Positions 16,049 through 26,400 of a stretch of 64,000 nucleotides of DNA are shown one piece after another. Numbering within the stretch: position 1 is the stretch's first letter; each line of letters starts with the position of its first letter. The stretch is from a virus. The notes beneath the pieces are model-generated. The model was not told where the DNA came from. It did not search any database and was given only the letters and a program-made list of their open reading frames with translations. Position numbers and translations under genes: made by a program. The stretch spans positions 1 through 64,000 of IMG/VR virus record IMGVR_UViG_3300048917_000027; one strand, 5' to 3'.

Positions 16049-16079
16049 TCTAAGAAAAGGAAAGAGGTGAACAAACAAC

Positions 16080-17075
16080 ATGAGCGATGAGCTAATTGAA
16101 AAGGTCATTCGTACCACTGAGGTAGCATCTGGTGGCGGTGGTCTGCTTAACGCAGAACAGTCCAACCGTTTCATCGATTATATGTGGGAAGCCACTGTTC
16201 TCGGTAGCCAGGTTCGAACCATCCGTATGAGAGCCGACACAGTTGATATTGACAAGCTCGGAATTGGTGAGCGTCTAATGAGAGTTGCCACTGAGGCAGT
16301 TGACGACGGTGTAAACGCCGGAGCAACCTTCTCTAAGATTTCTCTTACCACCAAGAAGCTTCGTCTAGACTGGGAAATCTCTACAGAGTCCCTTGAAGAC
16401 AACATCGAGGGTGATGGTCTTGAGGACCACATTGCACGTCTAATGGCAACTCAGGCCGGTAACGACCTTGAGGACGTAGCTATTAACGGTAATACGACCC
16501 TTACTGGAGACCCACTCCTGAAGGCATTCGATGGATGGCGCAAGCGTGCACTCGCTGGTGGTCACGTAATTGACCACGGAGGTAATGGTGTAGACCGTAG
16601 TGTCTTCAACAAGGCCCTCAAGGCGATGCCACGTAAGTACATGCAGCGTAGAAATGGTCTGAAGTTCTTCACTGGTTCAAATGTAATCCAGGACTACCTA
16701 TTCAGCCTACAGAACACATCTGCTGACTACGTTACCCCAGAGGCTATTGCCGCTGCCGGTATCAACAGCGCAGTTCGTACTGATGGTCCTGCTGGTTTCA
16801 CAACCGGTAATGCATTCGGTATTCCAGTCCAGGAGGTTCCTCTATTCGAGGAGACTCTAACCGGAGACTACTCAGGCGCATCCGGTAACCATGCTGACGT
16901 ATGGCTTACCTTCCCAAGCAACATGCTATGGGGTGTAAAGCGTGAGATTCAGGTCTTCCGTGAGTTCAAGCCTAAGAAGGACACCACGGAGTACACCATG
17001 TTCTGCCGTGTAGGAACTCAGATTGAGAACGCAGACGCATTCGTTGTCGTCAAGAACGTCAAGATTGCAGCCTAA
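16080..17075 (+). CDS. major capsid protein (HK97 fold)
   Basis: Lies after the protease. Contains LRLDWEISTESLEDNIEGDGLEDHIARLMATQAGNDLEDVAINGN. It has a strong RBS and is followed by a strong terminator. Confidence 0.85.
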   Translation: MSDELIEKVIRTTEVASGGGGLLNAEQSNRFIDYMWEATVLGSQVRTIRMRADTVDIDKLGIGERLMRVATEAVDDGVNAGATFSKISLTTKKLRLDWEISTESLEDNIEGDGLEDHIARLMATQAGNDLEDVAINGNTTLTGDPLLKAFDGWRKRALAGGHVIDHGGNGVDRSVFNKALKAMPRKYMQRRNGLKFFTGSNVIQDYLFSLQNTSADYVTPEAIAAAGINSAVRTDGPAGFTTGNAFGIPVQEVPLFEETLTGDYSGASGNHADVWLTFPSNMLWGVKREIQVFREFKPKKDTTEYTMFCRVGTQIENADAFVVVKNVKIAA

Positions 17076-17097
17076 TCAGTCAACACAATTTAATAGG

Positions 17098-17129
17098 AAA
17101 GAGGGCTTCGGCCCTCTTTCTGCTTTCTA
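17098..17129 (+). terminator. intrinsic terminator (UUCG loop)
   Basis: AAAGAGGGC-ttcg-GCCCTCTTT followed by CTGCTTTCT. Confidence 0.8.
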
Positions 17130-17138
17130 TGCTACAAT
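17130..17138 (+). promoter_or_regulatory. extended -10 TGCTACAAT
   Basis: Lies between the capsid terminator and the 17156 gene, which has a GGAGGA RBS. Confidence 0.4.
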
Positions 17139-17155
17139 CGTTTTATGGAGGATAA

Positions 17156-17545
17156 ATGAGTTTTGATAAGATGAAGGTCGATGAGCTGCGTCAGATTGCT
17201 GACGACTTTGCGGTGGACATCGACGCCAAGGATAACAAGGCAGTAATTCTCGCAAAGCTGGGCGAGAGTGGAGTGACCTGGGACTATTACCAGAATTCTC
17301 TGGGCGAAGCTGTGGAGCAGCCTGAGCCATCTCAGCCAACGGTCAAGCCGTCTGCTGTCAGTGTAGAAGACAGGGTTCTCATCCGAATGACGAGAGCTAA
17401 TCCTACATTTGAGATTCGTGGTGCAAGGTTCACCAAGGACAACCCTTATGCACTCGTCGCAGAGCGAGACGCTGACTTTATTGTAGAGAACTATGAAGGA
17501 TTCCGAATCGCTTCCCCCAGGGAAGTAAAGGAATTCTATAGCTGA
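17156..17545 (+). CDS. hypothetical head-associated protein with Rho-N/SAP-like N-terminal motif
   Basis: MKVDELRQIADDFAVDIDAKDNKAVILAKL resembles the Rho_N/SAP helix-extended-helix. The gene is flanked by terminators, like a highly expressed decoration gene. Confidence 0.55.
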   Translation: MSFDKMKVDELRQIADDFAVDIDAKDNKAVILAKLGESGVTWDYYQNSLGEAVEQPEPSQPTVKPSAVSVEDRVLIRMTRANPTFEIRGARFTKDNPYALVAERDADFIVENYEGFRIASPREVKEFYS

Positions 17546-17546
17546 C

Positions 17547-17578
17547 AGAGGCCCTTCGGGGCCTCTTTGCTATTTTAG
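17547..17578 (+). terminator. intrinsic terminator (UUCG loop)
   Basis: AGAGGCCC-ttcg-GGGCCTCT followed by TTGCTATTTTA. Confidence 0.75.
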
Positions 17579-17627
17579 TCAAAGACAATTATAATGATGT
17601 CAATATGACCGAAGGAGGCAGCCGCGA

Positions 17628-18029
17628 TTGTGGCGAATTGATATGACAGATATTGTTTTTCCAGGACAGTTGGCGGGTGGTCCTATCGGACGTGAGTACC
17701 TACCAGCAAACTATGACCTTGTAATCTACAAGGGTGACTATCTCCCTTTTGATATCACTCTGAAGAACAGCAGTAATGAACCACTGGACCTTACAGGATA
17801 TACAGCAAAGTGCAGTATTCGCTCAACCAGCGATTCAAATACTGCATATGATGCGACCTGCACAGTCAGCCCTTCAGAGGGTAAGGTCAGCGTAAAGTTC
17901 CCATCTTCCCTGACTAGCACTATTGCAGCAGGTTCATACGTATGGGATTTTCAGCTAACAGATTCTGACAGCAATGTCAGAACTTATTTCACTGGTGATG
18001 TCACAGTATACTCAGAGGTATCAAGGTGA
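17628..18029 (+). CDS. Ig-like/beta-sandwich virion protein
   Basis: Beta-rich sequence [14 protein letters not shown]...[13 protein letters not shown]...[11 protein letters not shown]...[11 protein letters not shown] start with GAAGGAGG 9 nt upstream. Confidence 0.55.
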   Translation: MWRIDMTDIVFPGQLAGGPIGREYLPANYDLVIYKGDYLPFDITLKNSSNEPLDLTGYTAKCSIRSTSDSNTAYDATCTVSPSEGKVSVKFPSSLTSTIAAGSYVWDFQLTDSDSNVRTYFTGDVTVYSEVSR

Positions 18030-18457
18030 CCACGCCATCAGGACCAATCAAGATTGATATCACAGAGGTTGACTTCCCTGCGATTTCAATTATTCAGACT
18101 TCAGCAATCAATGCGACCATTACGACCACAGCCGAATCTTCTGGTGGAATTCCTGGCCCTCAAGGACCACCTGGACCTACCGGTGCAACAGGTCCAATAG
18201 GGCTAACAGGACCAGCCGGGCCAAAGGGAGATAAGGGAGACACAGGAGATACTGGACCTCAAGGGCCCAAGGGAGATACTGGGGCGCAGGGAATTCAGGG
18301 AACGACCGGTGCTACAGGAGCCCAAGGTGTAAAGGGTGATACGGGAGCAGCAGGCCCAAACAATCTAGTAATTGTAACTGCTGGAACAGCATTGCCTACC
18401 GACCCAACTCAGCTAGCTGCCCTTGAAGGCAAATTGTGGGTGGAATACACGCCATGA
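18026..18457 (+). CDS. collagen-like repeat protein
   Basis: About 23 uninterrupted G-X-Y triplets ([39 protein letters not shown]...). GTGA overlap with the upstream gene. Confidence 0.8.
   Translation: MTTPSGPIKIDITEVDFPAISIIQTSAINATITTTAESSGGIPGPQGPPGPTGATGPIGLTGPAGPKGDKGDTGDTGPQGPKGDTGAQGIQGTTGATGAQGVKGDTGAAGPNNLVIVTAGTALPTDPTQLAALEGKLWVEYTP
18143..18358 (+). repeat. G-X-Y collagen triplet repeat region (coding)
   Basis: Counted directly from the translation of 18026..18457. Confidence 0.8.
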
Positions 18458-19236
18458 CAGGAGTCCTTCTTGGAGAGTGGGGATTTCTTGACAATCTCAA
18501 TGACACGTCAGGAAATGGGCATGCAGCCACAGCCAATTTCACTCCAACATATGTAAATGGTCCACAGCCTGGAACTCGGGCAATAAACTTTACTGCCGAC
18601 AGCCAGACCATTACGTATGGCCGAACAGGTCTGGAGCCAGTCGCATCTGCTGGTGGAATTTGCACAATGGCATGGGTGAAGGTGACAGCAGGTCTGACTG
18701 GATATTCAGGCATTCTTCACAAGCACCGGGACCCAAATTCATTGTCCACTAGAGCAGGATGTGACATGATTGGAAACAAGTTCAGGCCCTTCGCACGATG
18801 GAGAGACCAGACGGCATTTGCTGATGGAATCGGGCCGGACCTCAATGATTCCATCTGGCACCACCTTTGTGTAGTAGACGCAGACGACAGATATGAGTGG
18901 TATGTCGATGGCGTAAGTGTTACAGAAACATCTCGTTCAGGAACAGGAGCAGTAACCTGGGAGCCATATCCTTGGTTCAGTGGATTTACTGCCGACATGC
19001 ATTCCAATGCGGCTATCTCAATCTCAGGAGTACGTATTTTCTCAGGCTCACTGACCGATGCAGAAGTTGTTCAGTGGAAGAATACTGCAATTGCTGCTCA
19101 GTCAAGTGGAAGTGTAATTGTGGGCGGTGTGAAGAAGGCTGTAGCATCTCGCTCAGTTATTGTTGGTGGAGTAAAGAAATCAGTGACAGGAGTGTATGTC
19201 ATCGCTGGTGGCGTAAAGAAGCCATCCAGTCTTTAG
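18454..19236 (+). CDS. LamG-like lectin-domain protein with C-terminal VxVGGVKK repeats
   Basis: [18 protein letters not shown]...ICTMAWVKV...[23 protein letters not shown] is a LamG_3 pattern. Start is ATG 18454 (ATGA overlap). Confidence 0.7.
   Translation: MTGVLLGEWGFLDNLNDTSGNGHAATANFTPTYVNGPQPGTRAINFTADSQTITYGRTGLEPVASAGGICTMAWVKVTAGLTGYSGILHKHRDPNSLSTRAGCDMIGNKFRPFARWRDQTAFADGIGPDLNDSIWHHLCVVDADDRYEWYVDGVSVTETSRSGTGAVTWEPYPWFSGFTADMHSNAAISISGVRIFSGSLTDAEVVQWKNTAIAAQSSGSVIVGGVKKAVASRSVIVGGVKKSVTGVYVIAGGVKKPSSL
19114..19233 (+). repeat. three tandem peptide repeats V(I/Y)V(G/I)(G/A)GVKK
   Basis: The C-terminus reads [40 protein letters not shown]. Confidence 0.7.
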
Positions 19237-19261
19237 CTTTAAAGATTGATTATGATATACT
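19233..19261 (+). promoter_or_regulatory. promoter TTAGCT-17-TGaTATACT, -10 placed 6 nt before ATG 19268
   Basis: The sequence reads TGATATACT-gaccac-ATG. Confidence 0.45.
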
Positions 19262-19267
19262 GACCAC

Positions 19268-20170
19268 ATGGAAATCTACAGAAATGAACTAGCGAATGTT
19301 GATTTGATGGTACCAGTTTACGCAATCAACGGAACCTTCGAGGTTACTGCCTATGAGGGTGAATCATTGCTGTACACCTTCCCTACCGTAGGAACTATTC
19401 CAGGTGGTTATCGCGTGACCCTGCCATTCAGTCTTGTACAAACAGACAGAAATTTTGATGTCAGGTGGAAGTTCGATTACACAGAAGGTTCAACAGTAAA
19501 GACTTACAGTCGAGCAACGCCGGTTGAAGTAGTCACGCCAATCATTCCTCTTAACGAGCTTGCTGAATTGCTTGATGATGTCAGTGACCAAGAACGTCGT
19601 GAAGCAGAGGCAATCGTAAGAAACATTGTCAATGTCTATACAGGACAAAGCTTCGGAAAGTTCCATGGCACAAAGCAAGTAAATGGAACTGATGGAACAG
19701 AGCTTCCTCTTCCAAATCCACTTCTTTCATTCACCAGCATCGAAGACTATCAGTTTGATTATGTAACGTCCACTTTCGTCATTAGAGGAGAGGGATGGTT
19801 CCTGGCAGGCGCTCCAGGTGCTTACTGGGAAATCAAGGATGCTCCACCTGAAGAAGTTCTCGACACATTCAATAATGTAATTTATGCGCCCGGCACTGTG
19901 AAGAAGCGTGACTTCGAATTCTGCAACACTTATACAATTACTGGTGAGTGGGGATATGAAGACGTTCCTACACAGGTAGTCCAGGCAGCCAAGATGCTTC
20001 TCTCAGATTACGCATGCCAGGATAGCTCATACCGTGACAGGTATCTTGAATCAATGAAGGCAGCAGACTGGAGGGTTCAGTTCACTCAGGCCGCATATGA
20101 CGGAACTGGAAATCTGAAGGCAGACCAGCTTCTGAATCCTTACAAGCTTACGAATATGGTGGTCATATGA
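19268..20170 (+). CDS. head-tail connector/adaptor (gp6-like central motif) with extra N-terminal domain
   Basis: LNELAELLDDVSDQERREAEAIVRNIVNVYTGQSF resembles the Phage_connect_1 signature. The position after the head genes fits. Confidence 0.5.
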   Translation: MEIYRNELANVDLMVPVYAINGTFEVTAYEGESLLYTFPTVGTIPGGYRVTLPFSLVQTDRNFDVRWKFDYTEGSTVKTYSRATPVEVVTPIIPLNELAELLDDVSDQERREAEAIVRNIVNVYTGQSFGKFHGTKQVNGTDGTELPLPNPLLSFTSIEDYQFDYVTSTFVIRGEGWFLAGAPGAYWEIKDAPPEEVLDTFNNVIYAPGTVKKRDFEFCNTYTITGEWGYEDVPTQVVQAAKMLLSDYACQDSSYRDRYLESMKAADWRVQFTQAAYDGTGNLKADQLLNPYKLTNMVVI

Positions 20171-20667
20171 GTTGTCTTCTAAGTTCTCGCTTCAATATGC
20201 GAGCAACAGTTCTTCGTCAGGTCGGAACCAATCCACAGGAAAATCCCGGTGGTCATTGGGAGACTCAGCAGGACCCTGATTCTGGTGCTATCAAAAGAGT
20301 ATGGGTAGCAGACGAAGATGCCGACGAGCCAGGCGACCAGACCCTTGTCATAAACTGCATGGTTCGTGGTGTAACAAATGGAGGAATCCGAGTAGCAGGA
20401 ACAACCCAGCGATATTCTGAAATTTACGAGAACATCGACTGGGCCACACTTGTTTTTGGACGCAATGTGACCTTGAGCAAGAGAGACAGAATCACCAATG
20501 TTTCCAATGCAAATGGAGAAATCATCTGGAAGGAAGAGGAAATCCAGGGCGCTCCAGCGACAGTATTTATTGTCATGGGTGTCACTCCAGTTGTAGACCC
20601 ATTCGGAAATCATATTGAGAACACTGCTCTGATTCAGAGGGCGCAGGTACAGAGTGGCCAAGGGTAA
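20167..20667 (+). CDS. head closure / head-tail joining protein (positional)
   Basis: ATGA overlap. The size and the MRATVLRQ... start resemble head-closure proteins. Confidence 0.45.
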   Translation: MSCLLSSRFNMRATVLRQVGTNPQENPGGHWETQQDPDSGAIKRVWVADEDADEPGDQTLVINCMVRGVTNGGIRVAGTTQRYSEIYENIDWATLVFGRNVTLSKRDRITNVSNANGEIIWKEEEIQGAPATVFIVMGVTPVVDPFGNHIENTALIQRAQVQSGQG

Positions 20668-21448
20668 AGCCTTTCTCGCCATCAATGCTGACACCATGGA
20701 AGTCTCCGGTCTTGGAGGATTCATTGATGGTCTGTCAGCTAAGATTGGTGCCGATGTAAATGTCGGGCCAGTGCTCCAGTATGCACACAGCACCATGGCA
20801 GAAAGATTTGACGCATATATGTCAGTCGTTGCTCCAGCAGCTCCAAATCAATTCCATCACGTATATGAGTGGGGAAGAATTGGAGTTCCACAGGCTCAGC
20901 TCTGGAAGAATAAGCTGAGAGGTCGAGGCGCAGACAGATATGCATCATTTGAATTCAGGGCATCAGTTGTTCCCGTTCCATTGCCACAAGGAGCCAAGAA
21001 GCCCTTCAAGCGCAAGCACAGATTCATCTACAAGGCAATGATTATGGAATATAACATGGCTGTAACCATCAAGCCAAAGCGTGCAAAGATGCTGGCATTC
21101 CCTGTGGACGACAGAGTCATTTTCACAAAGGGCCCGGTAGTCGTAGAGAACCCTGGTGGTCCAAGTACCACTGGAGCATTCACAGCAGCTTGGACAAGTT
21201 GGTGGACAGGAGCAGGAGCCAATCAGGTATTCAATGCTGAAATCAAGAAGAACCTGGAGAGAGACCTGTCAGAAAGAAGCATGGCAAAGTTCCTCAGAAT
21301 GCTGAAGGTAGGAAAGAAGAAGTCTGTCAGCATTGGTATCGCAGACAATAAGGTTGCCTTCGATAGAGGTCTGGCCGCAGCAAAGAATTTCCTGGAAGAA
21401 AGAAACAGAAAGAATCTAGCAAGAAGGAAGACATCAGATGACCTATAA
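20654..21448 (+). CDS. neck/tail-completion protein (positional)
   Basis: Lies in the connector gene series with a GTG start. No diagnostic motif. Confidence 0.45.
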   Translation: MAKGKAFLAINADTMEVSGLGGFIDGLSAKIGADVNVGPVLQYAHSTMAERFDAYMSVVAPAAPNQFHHVYEWGRIGVPQAQLWKNKLRGRGADRYASFEFRASVVPVPLPQGAKKPFKRKHRFIYKAMIMEYNMAVTIKPKRAKMLAFPVDDRVIFTKGPVVVENPGGPSTTGAFTAAWTSWWTGAGANQVFNAEIKKNLERDLSERSMAKFLRMLKVGKKKSVSIGIADNKVAFDRGLAAAKNFLEERNRKNLARRKTSDDL

Positions 21449-21944
21449 CATTACCGGCACACATGCCTTGAACAAGTTCACTCAGGCCAAGCTCATCGAG
21501 CAGGGTCTTCTTAGCCTTGCTAACTATGACGGTCTTTCTCCAATCATTCCAGCACAGCAGCAGCCAGAATTCACCAATGAACCAGCACACATTCCCTTCA
21601 TTGTTTACAACTATGCTCAGACAGGTGGTTATGAGGAATGGTGGCTGGAGCATGAAGAACTTGCCTATGTTCTGTACTGTGATGATGAAGAACTCATTCG
21701 AAAGACAATTCATTATCTAAGCCAGCTTTTCAAGAGATATGATTGGTCAGCAGATGAGGTCAACAACTGGCTGAATGCAAATGGAAGCCCGGCACAGAAG
21801 GCGTTCAACTTCAAATACATCCGTGTACTCAATATGACCAGCATTGAACCAGCCACAGAAGAGGGTGGAAGGCACTCTGCAATGGTCGTATTGCGCCTGT
21901 GCTTCACGTCAGACCTTGACACTGAAGACGGTATGCGTGCCTAG
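21438..21944 (+). CDS. tail terminator-like protein (positional)
   Basis: Last ORF before the major tail gene. Confidence 0.45.
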   Translation: MTYNITGTHALNKFTQAKLIEQGLLSLANYDGLSPIIPAQQQPEFTNEPAHIPFIVYNYAQTGGYEEWWLEHEELAYVLYCDDEELIRKTIHYLSQLFKRYDWSADEVNNWLNANGSPAQKAFNFKYIRVLNMTSIEPATEEGGRHSAMVVLRLCFTSDLDTEDGMRA

Positions 21945-21948
21945 TTTG

Positions 21949-21967
21949 CTTGATAATTCTTATCAAG
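21949..21967. promoter_or_regulatory. perfect inverted repeat CTTGATAA-ttc-TTATCAAG
   Basis: Lies in the 98-nt gap upstream of the major tail gene. Confidence 0.4.
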
Positions 21968-22042
21968 ATAACATTGCCTTATTGAGGAAGCGTGTCTAGC
22001 CAACACAGACGACTTTTTCAAGAAAAGAGGTGAAAGAAAAAC

Positions 22043-22666
22043 ATGGCATATCAGGTTAAGAACATTATTATTGGTGCAGCAGCTATTTACCTATCAGCAG
22101 AAGACTCTACTGAGTGGACTAGCGCACCAGTTCTTCCAACAGTGTCCGGTACTAACAGCATGATTCCTGCGCTCGACAGCAGTGCAGACTGGAATCACTC
22201 AGGATTCACATCAGAGGGTGTTGAGGTCTCTTACGAGCCAGACTATGGTGAGGTAGAAGTTGACCAGCTTCTGGACTCTGCGAAGCTATTCAAGCAGTCT
22301 ATGAAGGTTATGGTTAACACCACCTTCTCAGAGGCTACTCTTGAGAACCTTCTCATTGTCTGGGGTCAGCAGAATGACAGCCTCACGTCTGATTCAACTT
22401 CTGAGACTCTTGCAATTTCTGCCGGTTCCCTTGGAGACGAGCCAACAGAGCGTTCCGTTGCCTTTGTCGGTCCTGCACCACGTGCAGCAGCCGGTACGAA
22501 GAGAGAGCGTGTATATCACGTAAGACGCGCTCTATCAATTGAGTCTTCTTCTCATTCACTGAAGAGAAATGAGGCTACGGTATTCCCAGTCTCATTCCGA
22601 CTTCTTCCAGACCCAAGCTTCTCAGGTCAGGAGTACGGTGTGATTAAGGACAGGAACATCGCCTAA
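22043..22666 (+). CDS. major tail (tube) protein
   Basis: Position before the chaperone pair and tape measure. Strong RBS AAAGAGGTGAAAG and a strong downstream terminator. The N-terminus MAYQVKNIIIGAAAIYLS is typical. Confidence 0.7.
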   Translation: MAYQVKNIIIGAAAIYLSAEDSTEWTSAPVLPTVSGTNSMIPALDSSADWNHSGFTSEGVEVSYEPDYGEVEVDQLLDSAKLFKQSMKVMVNTTFSEATLENLLIVWGQQNDSLTSDSTSETLAISAGSLGDEPTERSVAFVGPAPRAAAGTKRERVYHVRRALSIESSSHSLKRNEATVFPVSFRLLPDPSFSGQEYGVIKDRNIA

Positions 22667-22684
22667 TCCAAGACATTTAGCGTT

Positions 22685-22714
22685 AGCCCCCGAAAGGGGG
22701 CTTTCGCATTTTGG
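22685..22714 (+). terminator. intrinsic terminator (GAAA loop)
   Basis: AGCCCCC-gaaa-GGGGGCT followed by TTCGCATTTTGG. Confidence 0.75.
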
Positions 22715-22738
22715 ATTGTGACAAAGCGTTGATATAAT
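22711..22738 (+). promoter_or_regulatory. promoter TTGGAT-16-TGaTATAAT
   Basis: Extended -10 at 22730-22738. The downstream gene has a TAGGAGGAAAT RBS. Confidence 0.45.
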
Positions 22739-22762
22739 GATTTCAAACACATAGGAGGAAAT

Positions 22763-23107
22763 GTGGCAACAAGCGTATACACAGTCGAGGAGATTGTGCT
22801 ACAGGACGGTGTTGAGGTGACTCTCAAGCCGCTAAACATTAAGGGACTGCGCAAGTTCATGAAGAAGTTCAAGGAACTTGACAATCTCAAGGAAGACGAC
22901 CAGGTAGTAGACTTCCTAATCGAAGTTGGTCAGCTATGTCTTTCAGCTCTGTACCCAGAGTATTCAGACACTGACAAGTACGAGGACGCAGTTGACATGC
23001 CAACAGTCCACAAGATTATCGAAATCTGTGGTGGGGTCAAGCTGAATGACCCGGAACTGATGGCCGCAGCGGCGGCAGTGATGGAGCAGCAAGCTGGGAC
23101 GAGCTGA
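22763..23107 (+). CDS. tail assembly chaperone (gpG-like)
   Basis: Acidic 114-aa protein immediately before the tape measure. GTG start. Confidence 0.65.
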   Translation: MATSVYTVEEIVLQDGVEVTLKPLNIKGLRKFMKKFKELDNLKEDDQVVDFLIEVGQLCLSALYPEYSDTDKYEDAVDMPTVHKIIEICGGVKLNDPELMAAAAAVMEQQAGTS

Positions 23108-23136
23108 ATCTAGTTCAGCTCGAAGCAGAACTATTT

Positions 23137-23406
23137 ATGCTAGGCATTTGGAAGAACTTTGAAGAGATAGAGGAAAACCTCACACTCGCCGAACTCGAAA
23201 AACTGCTCGAAGTAAAACGAGAGCAAGACTACTCAGACAAGAAGTTCGCGGCTGCATTGAAGGGTGTAAACCTTGATGACAATGATGACAATGAGGCTAC
23301 CACCTTCGAAGACATCAAGCGCAGAGCAGAAGCCAAGACCAAGGGCGTTTCACCAGAAAGACTGGAGTTCGCTGAAATTGGAATTGGGCTGGAAGGAGAT
23401 GACTGA
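23137..23406 (+). CDS. tail assembly chaperone, downstream (gpT-like) segment
   Basis: Lies in the -1 frame relative to 22763..23107, and that frame is open from 23050. Could be expressed as a G-T fusion or from its own ATG. Confidence 0.5.
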   Translation: MLGIWKNFEEIEENLTLAELEKLLEVKREQDYSDKKFAAALKGVNLDDNDDNEATTFEDIKRRAEAKTKGVSPERLEFAEIGIGLEGDD

Positions 23407-23498
23407 CAATAGAGAATATTAATATCCGCTTTACGGCTACAGCGGACTTCCGTGCGGCGTCAGCAGAAATCAACGCCATTAACCAACAGCTTGCAGCT

Positions 23499-26400
23499 AT
23501 GCAGGCTAATTTGGCACGCGGTATGACCCCTGCGGCACTGGCTACAAACCAGGCGGCATTCAGAAACAACGTTCGCAATCTCGGTAATATGACTACCGAG
23601 ACAATGCGTGTTGCCTCCGCATCAGAGACTTACACCAAGTCTCTATTGAAGCAGGATATTACTCTTCGTCAGGCTCTCAAGAGTCGTACTACATTTAATC
23701 AGGTTCTTCGTGAACAGTACCAGTTGAGTAGAGCCGCTGCTATGCAGTGGAGCACCAATGTACGTGGTGGCTCTACCATGGACCTTATCGTTCCTAGAGA
23801 CGCCCCAGCGCGCCTAGGTAAATTCCGTCAAACGATGGCGGCAGTCCGTGCAGGCACTATTTCTTTCAATACCGCACTGGGCGAAACAGCCATCAAGATG
23901 GGTCTTGTCAGCCAGGTAACCAGCTCTGCTGCGGCCAACATGGTCAAGTGGGGTAAGAATACTCAGTGGGCTGGACGTCAGCTAATGGTCGGTCTGACTG
24001 TTCCTGTTGTCGCGGCTGGTGCCGCAATGGGAAAGCTTGCGTATGACGTAGAATCTCAGATGACCCGTATCAACAAGGTCTATGACTTCACCGTAACCAA
24101 GGACCAGGATGCTGCAAAGAATGCTCAGGAGACTTCAAGCCTCCGAACCAATTCTTTGGTAGCAGCAAAGAATGCTGCTGAGCAATTCGGTGCCTCAATG
24201 AAGGATACACTTCAGGTAGAGGCAGACCTTGCTGCAACTGGTGAAAAGGGCAGTGAGCTTATCGGTAAGACCACTGAGGTCATGCGTCTTGCAACCCTTG
24301 GTGAAATGGATTACCAGAAGGCACTTCAGACAACCATCACATTGCAGTCTGTTTATGGAGACAGCACTTCAAAGCTGGCTGAAGACTTCAACTACATGAA
24401 CGCAGTAGAGAATGCAACGTCCCTGTCCATTGATGACTTCTCAGCAGCTATTCCAAAGGTAGCAGCTCCTATGAAGACACTTAATGGTACTTTGCAGGAC
24501 GCCGGTACTCTATTGGTCGCAATGAAGGCTCGTGGAATCAATGCAGTCGAAGGTGCTAACGCAATCAAGGCATCCTTCACCAGAGTCCTCAAGCCTACAA
24601 AGCAGGCCAAGGACATGTTCGAGATTCTGACAAAGCAGTCTCTGACTGAGCTTACAGACAAGACAAATGGTGAAGTAATTCCTACCTTCCAGGCATTGCA
24701 GAAGGCAACGGCCGGTGTTACAGGAAAGAACCGTCAGGCTCTATTCGCATCTCTATTCGGTACACAGCAGACAACCCGTTTGCAGGCAATCGTTGAAGAG
24801 ATGGGTAACCTCAATGACGAAACAACTCAGGTGGGTAAGGCTTACGCTATTGCTAAGCAGGAATCCGGACAGTGGGCAGACAGTGCCAGCCGAGAGCTTG
24901 GTCAATTCCAGCAGTCAGCTTCAGGAAGACTGAAGATTGCAATTGAGACTCTGAAGGTTGAACTGGCAGAAGCCGGTAAGCCATTCCTTGAGATTGCTGG
25001 ATTCATCGTCATGGGTGTAACCAAGATTGTCCAGGCATTCAATAGTCTTCCTGGTCCAGTAAAGACATTCTCAACCATTGCAATTATTGCCGGTGCCATT
25101 GCCGGTCCAATTGTCATGCTCGTAGGTCTGTTCGCTAACCTTGCTGGACAGGCATTGCAGCTTGGTGCCAGCATGCTCGGTCTCATATTCAGATTCCGTG
25201 CACTGCTTCCTGAGCAGGTTGCAGCACGTCTTGCCACAATGCAGGCTGGTGCAGCAATGCAGACTCAGGCTGGCCAGACACAAGCTCTTGTCGCAGTCGT
25301 CAATGAATTGACGGCAGCTTTGACGCGTGCAACTGCGGCTCAGACTGGATTGACTCAGGCAACAAGAGTAGGAGCATCAGCAGGTGCTACTGCTCCACCT
25401 GTAATTGGTCGTCCAGGAACAATTACTACTCCTGTCGTCGGTCCTGTTACTACAGCAGGTGGTGTTACTCGTGACGCTACTGGTCGAGTAATGACCCAGG
25501 CAGAGGTAAGAAATTGGCAGGCAGCTCAGGGCGCTTCCACCAGCATTAACAACAATGCCGCAAGTACACGTCGTAGCTGGCAGCAGATGGGAAGCAGTTT
25601 CCAGAATGTAGCAATTGCTGCTGGATTCATGGGAGTCATGGCTTCCGATGCTGACAGCATGATGTACACAATTTCTCAGATGGCAATTGGCGCGGCACTT
25701 ATTGGGCCTATGCTTGTCGGACCAGTAACCAAGTTTGCTGTAGCTATCAAGACTCTGGCCATGCCAGCAATCGCAGGGCTTGGACGAGCCGCTGGAGCAA
25801 TCTTCGGAAGAGTAGCCACAATGGGTAGGGCTGCAATTGGTGCAGTCAGCTCATCAGTTGGAAGTCTTGTTACCAAGCTTGGTGGAGCAGCAGCAATTAT
25901 GGGAACCATGCTGGCAGTAGCTCTTGCAATTGGTGCAGCCTGGTACATCATCAATAAGAATGTCGCGGCTTCTCGAAAGGAACAAGAAAATATCGAGAAG
26001 TCTTCTGAGGCATGGGCAAAGACTCTTGGATTCGCATATACTGAGCAGCAGAAGATTGTTGCTCAGGGCGGAAAGAATGTAGATTCTCTCAATGACAAGA
26101 TGAACAAGTTCAAGAAGAACAACAAGGACGCTTACAATGATATGCAGAAGTTCTATGATTCTTCCGAGGCTGAGAAGTGGGGACGTGCTATTGAAGAGGG
26201 TGTCAAGGTTCGTCTTCACGGTGGAACAAAGAGCGCGGCAGAAGAAGCTACAAAGACCGCTCTTGCAATCATGGGTCAGCGTTATGACAATGCTGTATTC
26301 ACCTATAAGCTGAAGGCACAGATTGACTTCGATGACGTTTCTGCTGTAATTGAGAAGCGCCTGAAGGATGCTGCCACAGATATGCGTGACGCCACCAACC

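Noticed and set aside
15256-16074. 272-aa antisense ORF inside the protease-scaffold gene
   Set aside because: It is a Ser/Leu-rich low-complexity mirror image of the acidic coiled-coil coding strand. It has no RBS, while the sense strand carries clear protease motifs.
20179-20796. 205-aa antisense ORF across the 20167/20654 genes
   Set aside because: It is opposite in orientation to the tightly coupled structural operon and has no motif or RBS.
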